NCBI GenBank assembly: GCA_965262915.1
Contig: OZ253564.1
Span: 2,976,001 to 3,040,000 of the forward strand
Origin: Candidatus Spongiisociaceae bacterium
GTDB lineage: Bacteria > Actinomycetota > Acidimicrobiia > Spongiisociales > Spongiisociaceae
Direction of reading: 5' to 3'
Length of the DNA stretch: 64,000 nt
Shown here: positions 20,048-27,505 of the stretch, piece by piece
Position numbering within the stretch: position 1 is the first letter of the stretch
Layout: each line of letters starts with the position of its first letter
The notes under the pieces: generated by a model
The model's input: the letters and a program-made list of their open reading frames with translations, nothing else
The model's database searches: none
Told to the model about the DNA's origin: nothing
Translations under genes and position numbers: made by a program

Positions 20048-21346
20048 ATGACTCCGAAGCAACGCCTCCAATTGGAACAGTCCGAGAAACGCCAGCGTCT
20101 CAATGACCTGCTCGCCGAAGACCAGCTATCAGACGAGCAGCGGTCCGAGATGGACGACTTCACCAAGCGAATGCAGCAGATCGAAGTCGAGATGCGGGCA
20201 GCGATCATCGCGGAACCCGATCCGGTCACGTCACCGGCAGCGGACAACACGGACCGGGACCGGCTCGAACTCCGGTCGAAGGCGTCTGTGGGCCGCTACC
20301 TGCTCGCTGCTATGCGGGGCCGTTCTGTTCAGGGTGCGGAGCGGGAACTGTTGGACGAGGCCGGACTCGATGATGGGACGATCCCCCTGGAGTTGTGGGA
20401 CACGAACCGGCCGGTGGAGCAGCGGGCCGATTCGGTGTCGGGTTCGCCCTCTACGGTTGGCGTGAACCTGGACCGGCTACGGCCTGCCGTGTTCGCACCG
20501 TCGATCCTGCCCCGGCTGGGTGTGGAAATGCCAAGGGTCGCCTCGGGTACTTACGCGTCCGGGACAATCACGACCTCGTTGACCGCCGCGGCTCAGGCGA
20601 AGGGTGACGCGGCTTCGGCGTCGGCGGCTGCGTTCACCGTCACGTCCGTCACCCCGAAGCGGATCTCCGCACGGCTTGCCATAGCAATTGAGGATGTGGC
20701 CGCGGTCGGTCAGGCCAACTTCGAGAGCATCCTACGAGAGAACCTCAGCCTGGCGCTGTCGAATGAGTTGGACAAGCAGGGTCTCAACGGAGCGGGCGGC
20801 AACTCGGGCAAAGACCTGGTGGGTGTTTTCCACCGGCTTGACAACCCGACCGCACCAACCGCCGCGGCCACCTTCGACGCGTTCGTAGCCGCGTTCGCCG
20901 GTGGGATAGACGGGCTGTGGGCGCGCACCGTGTCCGAGGTAGCGGTCGTGGCCGGTGTTACCACCTACGGGCTGTCCGCGAAGACGTTCCGGGACCGGGT
21001 GATCGACACCGGACAGCGGGGCGGGGTGTCGCTCGGTGACACATCGTTCGCTGACTATGCGATGGCGAACTATGGCGGATGGTGGACGAACAAGCGGATG
21101 CCCGCCGCTGACGCCACGTCGAAGGTTCAACAGGCCATCCTCTACCGGAAGGGCCGGTCGATGATGGGCGGCTCCGGTGGGATGCGCACCGCGGTGTGTC
21201 CCCATTGGAACATGATCAGCATTGACGACATCTACTCCGGCTCGGCGCAGGGTGAGCGGTACTTCACCATGCACGTCCTGTTGGGCGATGTGATCCTGGT
21301 CCAGCCCGACGCTTACGCGCAGGTCGCGTTCAAGACGGCGGCGTGA
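20048..21346 (+). CDS. Major capsid protein, HK97 fold with N-terminal delta (scaffold) domain
   Basis: Coiled-coil N-terminus, AQAKGD, FTVTSVTPKRISARL, LRENLSLALSNELDKQGLNG, VQPDAYAQV; position in head module. Confidence 0.82.
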   Translation: MTPKQRLQLEQSEKRQRLNDLLAEDQLSDEQRSEMDDFTKRMQQIEVEMRAAIIAEPDPVTSPAADNTDRDRLELRSKASVGRYLLAAMRGRSVQGAERELLDEAGLDDGTIPLELWDTNRPVEQRADSVSGSPSTVGVNLDRLRPAVFAPSILPRLGVEMPRVASGTYASGTITTSLTAAAQAKGDAASASAAAFTVTSVTPKRISARLAIAIEDVAAVGQANFESILRENLSLALSNELDKQGLNGAGGNSGKDLVGVFHRLDNPTAPTAAATFDAFVAAFAGGIDGLWARTVSEVAVVAGVTTYGLSAKTFRDRVIDTGQRGGVSLGDTSFADYAMANYGGWWTNKRMPAADATSKVQQAILYRKGRSMMGGSGGMRTAVCPHWNMISIDDIYSGSAQGERYFTMHVLLGDVILVQPDAYAQVAFKTAA

Positions 21347-21347
21347 T

Positions 21348-22223
21348 GTGCCGGAGCGTGCTGCCGCGGTCGAGTTCCGCGTTTCGGGTCGCACCCTTGT
21401 AGGGGAGGCCATCCGTTACAACCAGCAGGCCCGTGACCGGGCGGAACTGTTCGAGTCGGGAGCGTTCCAACCCATAGGGGACGTGACCCTCAACTTACAG
21501 CACGACCCGGAACGGGTGATCGCTGACACCAGGGCCGGAACGTTGCGGATCGACGACAGTCCCGACGCTCTCCGACTCGAAGCCGATCTGCGGGAGAACT
21601 CGGCGGAACTGGCGCTCGTGAGACGCCGCGCTCTGCGTGGCCTGAGCGTCGAGTTCCGCTGCCGGTCCGAACGGCGAGACGACGGCCTGCGGGTAGTCGA
21701 GAAGGCCGACCTTCCCGCTATCGGGCTGGTCGACTCAGGTAGCTACCGGACCGGTGTCGAACTACGGGCCGCGTTCGGCGACGCCTGGTTGACTGCCGAG
21801 ATTCGGTTTGGTACCCGGATGCAATGCCAATGTCAGGGGCTGACCTGCACCGATGTCGAGTTCGAGCCCGGAGCGTTCACCGACCTGATGGAGCGCCGCG
21901 ATGTCCTAGCTGTCGGCGGTGGCGGATTTGCCAACGTGTTGGGCTCTACCCGCCGGGGAACGCTGCTGGTCGAGCAGACCGACAAGGGTCTCCGGGTTGG
22001 GTTGACCAACCAGCAGACGGACACGGCCCGGCGAGTGATCGAAGCCGCCGCGGTTGCTGACATCTTCGTGCGGCCGCTGATCGACGTTGAACAGTCCGAG
22101 TACCAGGATGAGGGCACCACCAGACGCTACACACGGGCTGTCACACGGGCGCTACTGGTCAAACCAACCCCCGACCAGCCGAGGCCACCGGGCAGCCCGT
22201 GTACGGGGCGTACAGACCCGTAG
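21348..22223 (+). CDS. HK97-family prohead protease with a second, degenerate protease-like domain
   Basis: RTLVGEAIRY, ELFESGAF, LNLQHD (His), RGLSVEF (Ser), IGLVD. Confidence 0.85.
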   Translation: MPERAAAVEFRVSGRTLVGEAIRYNQQARDRAELFESGAFQPIGDVTLNLQHDPERVIADTRAGTLRIDDSPDALRLEADLRENSAELALVRRRALRGLSVEFRCRSERRDDGLRVVEKADLPAIGLVDSGSYRTGVELRAAFGDAWLTAEIRFGTRMQCQCQGLTCTDVEFEPGAFTDLMERRDVLAVGGGGFANVLGSTRRGTLLVEQTDKGLRVGLTNQQTDTARRVIEAAAVADIFVRPLIDVEQSEYQDEGTTRRYTRAVTRALLVKPTPDQPRPPGSPCTGRTDP

Positions 22224-22232
22224 GAGGCGGCT

Positions 22233-22547
22233 GTGGCTGTAACCCTCACCGCGCAGCAGCTCGCGGACGAGACCAGCGCAGACCTCGACCGGGCTACTCG
22301 TGTGCTCGCCGTTGCCCGCCGGATGGTCGAGGACTACGCGCCGCTCGCACCGTCTGAGATACAGGACGAAGCCGCAATCCGGTTCGGCGGCTATCTGCTC
22401 AGCAGTGACTACGGCGCGGTTCGTGACGAGTCGATAGGGCCTATGTCGGTGTCCTATGTGGTCAACCATTCCAGCGCTTTCAGAAACTCCGGTGCGGCCA
22501 TGTTGCTGACCAGGTACAAGCAGCGAAGAGCCGGGACTGTCGGATGA
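22233..22547 (+). CDS. Head-tail connector (gp6/gp15-like)
   Basis: 104 aa helical; ARRMVEDYAP, EAAIR, DESIGPMSVSY, LLTRYK; AGGAGG RBS. Confidence 0.7.
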   Translation: MAVTLTAQQLADETSADLDRATRVLAVARRMVEDYAPLAPSEIQDEAAIRFGGYLLSSDYGAVRDESIGPMSVSYVVNHSSAFRNSGAAMLLTRYKQRRAGTVG

Positions 22548-23608
22548 GATGGCCGTGGACCCGTACCGAGAAGCGCGACTCGGGTGGCGACTTCTCCGAC
22601 GCAGTGGTACGTCTCATCGAGGCGCAGGCCGCAGGCACAGCAGCCGACGCCAGCAGCACTGCCGGTGTGGAAGCAGCAGCCGGTGCCCTCTCCCGATCCT
22701 TCGCCGCCGCCACCGTAGAAGCCGAACCCTGGGCACGGGAAGCCGTCACCCCGGTTGTGCTGGCTCAGATCGGCCGTGACCTCGTAAGGTCCGGCGATTC
22801 ACTGCACGTCATCCAGGTGGTCGGCGGCCGGGCGAAACTGATTCCGTGTTCCTCGTGGCATTGGGAAGGTAGCCATGATCCGGACACCTGGACCGTGCGG
22901 GCAACCGCCTACGGGCCTTCCACGTCCACCACCTGGAACCTTCCCGCGTCTGGTGTCGTGTTCGTCCGTTGGGGATCAACACCCGGCCAGCCGTATGTTG
23001 GGGTAGGGCCTACATCGTGGGCGCAGACCACCGCCCGCCTCCAATCCCAAGCCGAGAAGGCGCTGGCCGACGAGTCCGGCGGGCCTATCACCAACCTGCT
23101 GCCCGTTCCCCAAGACGGTGGCGACGGGTCCGACACGGACCCTCTCGCACCGCTCAAGGCCGACATAGCAGCAGCCCGCGGCCGGGCGGTACTCGTCGAA
23201 ACCACATCGGCCGGATGGGGCGAGGGGAAGATGGCAGCACCACAAGCCGACTGGCAGGTACGACGCCTCGGCCCGAACCCCACCCAAGTACAAGCCACCG
23301 TCGCGCAGCAAGCCTTCGAGCGCACCCTCGCCGCCTGCGGCGTGCCACCGTCACTGTTCATTAGCGACGACGGCACCGCACAGCGTGAAGCCGTCCGACG
23401 CTGGCACCTGGGAACCGTCATCCCCCTCGCCGACCTGGCGGCCTGGGAACTGGCCGCCAAGCTCGAAACGCCGGTCACGCTCCGCTTCGACAGCTACCCG
23501 CTCGACCTCGCGGGAAGGGCGCAGGCGTTCCAGAAACTCGTCGCCGGGGGCATGGACACCGACCGTGCATTGCAGATATCCGGGCTGATGGTTGACGATG
23601 CCGCGTAG
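22544..23608 (+). CDS. Phage portal protein (divergent HK97-like)
   Basis: GVEAAAGALSRSFA, IGRDLVRSGD, YVGVGP, LAACGVPPSLF, VIPLADLAAWELAAKL. Confidence 0.78.
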   Translation: MRWPWTRTEKRDSGGDFSDAVVRLIEAQAAGTAADASSTAGVEAAAGALSRSFAAATVEAEPWAREAVTPVVLAQIGRDLVRSGDSLHVIQVVGGRAKLIPCSSWHWEGSHDPDTWTVRATAYGPSTSTTWNLPASGVVFVRWGSTPGQPYVGVGPTSWAQTTARLQSQAEKALADESGGPITNLLPVPQDGGDGSDTDPLAPLKADIAAARGRAVLVETTSAGWGEGKMAAPQADWQVRRLGPNPTQVQATVAQQAFERTLAACGVPPSLFISDDGTAQREAVRRWHLGTVIPLADLAAWELAAKLETPVTLRFDSYPLDLAGRAQAFQKLVAGGMDTDRALQISGLMVDDAA

Positions 23609-24059
23609 ATGCGAACTCGACGGCTGCGACAACCCCTACCTGGCCCGGGGCATGTGCAACAAGCACTACCTACGATGGAAAACCCGCGGTGGCAAGACCA
23701 GGCCACGACCCGCGCTGTGGTCACCCGAGGAAGACAGGTTGCTGCTCGCTGCCGGGTTGACACCCCACACCGAACGATGGTCTGGCGAGTCCCGCTTGCG
23801 TGATGTTGCCCGCGAGCTTGGCCGCACCGAGACGGCATGCTGCACCCGTCTCAACCGGCTGATGAAGCGGGCCGGACATGCAGGCGGCCAGTGGACCGTC
23901 GAAGGTCTCTGGACCCCGGAGGAAGACGCAGTGATCCTCGAACAGGCAGCCTCAGGACAGCCCGACTGGATCGCTACCGGCCGCTTGCTGGGTCGAACCC
24001 GTGCGGCGTGCGCGGTCCGGGCCTACAACCTCCGCAAGCAGGAGCGTCTCGCTAGCTGA
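23598..24059 (+). CDS. Zn-finger (Cx4Cx9Cx2H) plus two Myb/SANT-like repeats, probable DNA-binding protein
   Basis: CELDGCDNPYLARGMCNKH; WSPEEDRLL..VARELGRTETACCTR; WTPEEDAVI..W...GRLLGRTRAACAVR. Confidence 0.7.
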   Translation: MPRRCELDGCDNPYLARGMCNKHYLRWKTRGGKTRPRPALWSPEEDRLLLAAGLTPHTERWSGESRLRDVARELGRTETACCTRLNRLMKRAGHAGGQWTVEGLWTPEEDAVILEQAASGQPDWIATGRLLGRTRAACAVRAYNLRKQERLAS

Positions 24060-24201
24060 TGTCCGCGGGCGCGATCTCCGGGCTGGTGGCCGATGGGTTA
24101 GCAACTCCGCTGGCGCTCATCCGAAAACACGTTGGCATAGCGGAAGTGGTAATCGGAACTTCCGAAAACGCCGTGACCTGGGGAAACACTCCCTTGCTGG
24201 A

Positions 24202-24212
24202 CTTCCACGCTG
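24202..24212 (+). repeat. att core, right junction (CTTCCACGCTG)
   Basis: Identical to 13678-13688; encodes S-V-E of ComM on the minus strand. Confidence 0.9.
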
Positions 24213-24265
24213 ACGGCACGCGCCTTCACTCCGACCAGCGCTACAGAATTGGTTGATGCAAACAT
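24202..24265 (-). pseudogene. comM: ComM N-terminal 21 codons
   Basis: MFASTNSVALVGVKARAVSVE joins in frame to AHVGGGEKGRLNVVGLPD through the att core. Confidence 0.9.
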
Positions 24266-24396
24266 GTCGATAAGGATAGAGAGAGGGTGTGACACACAGT
24301 TGGCTGGCGATAGTTAGTTGCTGTTAAATGTCCGTAGAGGATGGCCGACCGGCCGGGTGGAGCGTGCCGGGGGGTCTTGGAGAGGTGGGTACACGG

Positions 24397-24445
24397 CGCC
24401 GGTAGGTATGGGGATCGCCGGTAGGCATGGAAATCGACGGTTAGG
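24397..24445. repeat. 19-bp tandem repeat, about 2.5 copies, upstream of comM
   Basis: CGCCGGTAGGTATGGGGAT / CGCCGGTAGGCATGGAAAT / CGACGGTTAGG. Confidence 0.6.
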
Positions 24446-24459
24446 AGTCAGGAACCCGG

Positions 24460-24654
24460 CTACGGGTACGGGGGCCTGCCGGTCAGCCGGCGCTGCTCCT
24501 TGTGCCAGCATCCGTGATGCCAGTGCCTGCGCAGGTCGGGTGCGTCCTCTGGGACGACCACCAGATGGAATCTGCCAACGGCGATCACGCCTTCGCATCC
24601 CGGACAGCGGTAGGCCTTGGTAGCCGATCCGGGTTGCACGTGACGAACGCTCAA
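24460..24654 (-). CDS. Small conserved actinobacterial Zn-binding-type protein
   Basis: KAYRCPGC...HLVVVP..DLRRHWHHGCW; TTG overlaps the upstream stop. Confidence 0.75.
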   Translation of the reverse strand: MSVRHVQPGSATKAYRCPGCEGVIAVGRFHLVVVPEDAPDLRRHWHHGCWHKEQRRLTGRPPYP

Positions 24655-24764
24655 CCGCCCAGAAATGCCCATGCGACCAAGGCTGCGGTCAGAACCAGTG
24701 CTCCCACCACCATGGCTATGTCGGCGGCGCGGTGCTGCTGCTTTCGAAACGGATTGAACCCCAT
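24651..24764 (-). CDS. 37-aa single-pass membrane peptide
   Basis: MGFNPFRKQQHRAADIAMVVGALVLTAALVAWAFLGG; stop overlaps the next start; below ORF-track cutoff. Confidence 0.6.
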   Translation of the reverse strand: MGFNPFRKQQHRAADIAMVVGALVLTAALVAWAFLGG

Positions 24765-24877
24765 GCTCCGATGCTATCGCAGAAAGGCAGGCTTACCGAG
24801 ACACGGAAAGACGCCCGACCGCGACGAGCCTACGCAACCAAGACCCGACCTCATCCCACCGACCACCGACCATCTAC

Positions 24878-25225
24878 TCAGGCCACCCGACGGTGCCACT
24901 CGATCCCGACTCCGTCGGCGCCGACCACGACCGTGACGAGATCCACCCTGCGGACCCCTATGGAACGGGCCATCCGAGCCACCCGGCTCGCCTTGCGGTC
25001 CGTGAAGTTCCATCGCGGGTGATCCCTGACCGGGTGGCTTCCTGACTTGACCTCCACGACGAACCTTCCGTCGTCGTCCTCGGCGATCAGATCGATCTCG
25101 CCGCGGCCGACGGTCACGTTGTGCCGGACGATCCTCACGCCGTTGCGAACCAGGAACGAGGCGGCGGCCCACTCCCCGAACGCGCCCAGGCGTCGACGAT
25201 GGGCGGCGAGTGCGTCATCCGGCAT
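24878..25225 (-). CDS. yraN: YraN family nuclease
   Basis: LGAFGEWAAASFL, GEIDLIA, FVVEVK. Confidence 0.88.
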   Translation of the reverse strand: MPDDALAAHRRRLGAFGEWAAASFLVRNGVRIVRHNVTVGRGEIDLIAEDDDGRFVVEVKSGSHPVRDHPRWNFTDRKASRVARMARSIGVRRVDLVTVVVGADGVGIEWHRRVA

Positions 25226-25399
25226 ATCGGCGGTCCTCCAGGGTGTAGGTGCTCCTGCAGAGCGATGCTACGGCGGCCCTGTGACAGACCCGATCGCATG
25301 CCTCGTCCGCGTGGTCGGTGGATGATCGTCAGGAAGGTGTGTCCAGGAGTGCGGACCCGAGAGAACGGCCGGTTGGAGCCTCGGCCGGTGGAATGAGGG

Positions 25400-26095
25400 T
25401 CACAGGCCCTCCCAGCGCGAGAGTGGCCAGATCCGGACGAATGCCCTGCCGACCACCTCGTCTATGGGAACCGGCCCGAAACGGCGGCTGTCCTGGCTGT
25501 TGTTGCGGTTGTCACCCATCACCCACACGTGGTCGGTCGGTATGTAGACGGGCGCCCTGTCCCGCATCTTGAATCCGGGTGCCAGGTAGGGCTCGTCGAG
25601 CGGAACACCGTTCAAGAGCACCTGGTTGTTCCGTATCTCCAGCCGGTCCCCCCCGACCGCGATCACCCGCTTTATGAGGTCCTCCACGTAGGTGGTCCTG
25701 ATCCCGACCGCCTCGAGGACGTTGCGCGTCACCTTCTGCGGGAAGGATTCCTGCAGATCATCCGTGATCAGGGGGGAATCGAAGACGATGACATCCCCTT
25801 GTTCCGGACCGTTGAACCTGTAGGCGATCTTGCTGACCAGTACCCGGTCGTCGATCTCCAAGGTCGGAATCATCGATGGTGAGGGGATGAAGAAGGCCTG
25901 AAGGAGGAAGGTCTTTATCAGCACGGCCAGGAGGAGGGCCATCAGAAGCACGCCGGGCAAGTCGCGCAGGAACCTGGTCCATCCCCCGGGCCGCGTCCGG
26001 CGACCGGAATGGGTGTCCGGAGCATGGGGCGGACCGTCTGGCCGGTCGGTGTCCGTGGGCCCGCCCAAAGACAGGTGCTCGATTCGCCCGTTCAT
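25400..26095 (-). CDS. lepB: Signal peptidase I
   Basis: IPSPSMIPTL, LIKRVIA, VMGDNRNNSQDSR. Confidence 0.95.
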   Translation of the reverse strand: MNGRIEHLSLGGPTDTDRPDGPPHAPDTHSGRRTRPGGWTRFLRDLPGVLLMALLLAVLIKTFLLQAFFIPSPSMIPTLEIDDRVLVSKIAYRFNGPEQGDVIVFDSPLITDDLQESFPQKVTRNVLEAVGIRTTYVEDLIKRVIAVGGDRLEIRNNQVLLNGVPLDEPYLAPGFKMRDRAPVYIPTDHVWVMGDNRNNSQDSRRFGPVPIDEVVGRAFVRIWPLSRWEGL

Positions 26096-26143
26096 CGAGA
26101 TCCGACCATGGCCCCGCGTCCGGCGCCCGGCCTCGTGGGCCGG

Positions 26144-26485
26144 CTAGCGCCTCTCCTTGATACGGGCTGCTTTGCCTACCCGGCCCCGCAGGTAGTACAG
26201 CTTGGCCCTGCGCACGCGGCCCCGGCGCGCCACCTCGATCTTCTGGATGATCGGGGCGTGGACCGGGAAGACCCGCTCCACACCGATGCCGAAACTGATC
26301 TTGCGCACGGTGAAGGTCTCCGAGAGGCCGGCGCCGTCGCGGGCGATGACCACCCCTACGAACAACTGGATGCGTTCCCGGCCGCCTTCGACCACGCGGA
26401 CGTTGATCCGGACGGTATCGCCGGGACGGAAATCCGGAACGTCGTCGCGCAGGTGGGCGCGCTCAACATACTGGAGGTCGTTCAT
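26144..26485 (-). CDS. rplS: 50S ribosomal protein L19
   Basis: [31 protein letters not shown]. Confidence 0.97.
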   Translation of the reverse strand: MNDLQYVERAHLRDDVPDFRPGDTVRINVRVVEGGRERIQLFVGVVIARDGAGLSETFTVRKISFGIGVERVFPVHAPIIQKIEVARRGRVRRAKLYYLRGRVGKAARIKERR

Positions 26486-26786
26486 CCAGGTCTCCTCACG
26501 ATCGCGATCCTGGTGGTCCCGCGACCCGGCTGGTTAGAGGGCTCGTGGGGTCTGCTGCGGAACGTGTCCGCGCCAGCACTGTAGTCTACCGCAGTTTCCC
26601 CCGCCTTACGAATAAGAGGGTACGCGGGTAGGCGGAGCGCGATCGCCCTTGAAGTCACTCCCCTTTCGGCTGCCGACCGGGAAACCCCCTGGTCATCGTG
26701 GTCGTCGCATCAACTGTCGCAAGCCGTGTCCCCTCCGGTGAGCAACTATCCACCCACCTCGTGGCCACCCGATACCTCGGCGGTGG

Positions 26787-27449
26787 TCACTCCAACAGGT
26801 CGGGCCGCCGGGCCCGGGTACGTTCGAGACGCTGTTCGGCTCGCCATGCGGCTATCCGGCCGTGATCCCCCGAGAGCAACACCTCGGGTACCGGATGGTC
26901 ACCGAAGACGGCCGGTCTCGTGTACTGGGGTTCCTCGAGGAGCCCGTCGCGGAAGGACTCCATCTCGGTGGAGCGGGGATTACCCAGCACTCCTGGCAGC
27001 AGCCGGGCGACTCCCTCGATCACCGCCAGGGCCGCCGCCTCACCCCCGGCCAGGACGAAATCACCCAGGGAGACCTCTTCGTCGATGAAGTGTCGGGCGA
27101 AGCGGTCGTCGACCCCCTCGTACCGCCCGCATACGAGGGTCAGGGAGTCCAGGTTCGCCCACCGATCGAGCGTGGCCTGGTCGAGAGGACTCCCCACCGG
27201 GGTGAGCAGGACCCTGATCGAGTCGTCACGGCCCTCGATGGCGTCTGCCAATGGTCCGGCCATCAGCACCATTCCGGCGCCGCCACCGAACGGGGCATCG
27301 TCCACCTGGCGGTAGCTACCGACTCCGAAGTCGCGGAGGGGTACGATTTCCATGTGGAGGGCGCCGGTCTCGACTGCCTTGGCCACCACCCCGATACCGA
27401 GCGGACCGTCGAAAAAGTCCGGAAAGAGGGTGATAACGGCTATGTGCAT
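26787..27449 (-). CDS. trmD: tRNA (guanine-N1)-methyltransferase
   Basis: VDDAPFGGGAGMVL, CGRYEGVD, SLGDFVLAGGE, PQYTRP. Confidence 0.96.
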   Translation of the reverse strand: MHIAVITLFPDFFDGPLGIGVVAKAVETGALHMEIVPLRDFGVGSYRQVDDAPFGGGAGMVLMAGPLADAIEGRDDSIRVLLTPVGSPLDQATLDRWANLDSLTLVCGRYEGVDDRFARHFIDEEVSLGDFVLAGGEAAALAVIEGVARLLPGVLGNPRSTEMESFRDGLLEEPQYTRPAVFGDHPVPEVLLSGDHGRIAAWRAEQRLERTRARRPDLLE

Positions 27450-27505
27450 CTCGTATCCACCTTAGGTCCGTGGTCGGTGGTCACCGGCCACCGGGCTACC
27501 GGTAG

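Larger units (their letters stand above)
13678..24212 (+). mobile_element. Integrated capsid-forming phage satellite (cf-PICI-like), about 10.5 kb, in comM
   Basis: 11-bp direct repeat CTTCCACGCTG at both ends; integrase, AlpA, helicase, head and packaging genes; no tail or lysis genes. Confidence 0.88.

Noticed and set aside
13678-24212. Complete prophage or gene transfer agent
   Set aside because: Both att junctions are visible and enclose no tail, tape-measure or lysis genes; integrase, AlpA and helicase argue against a GTA.
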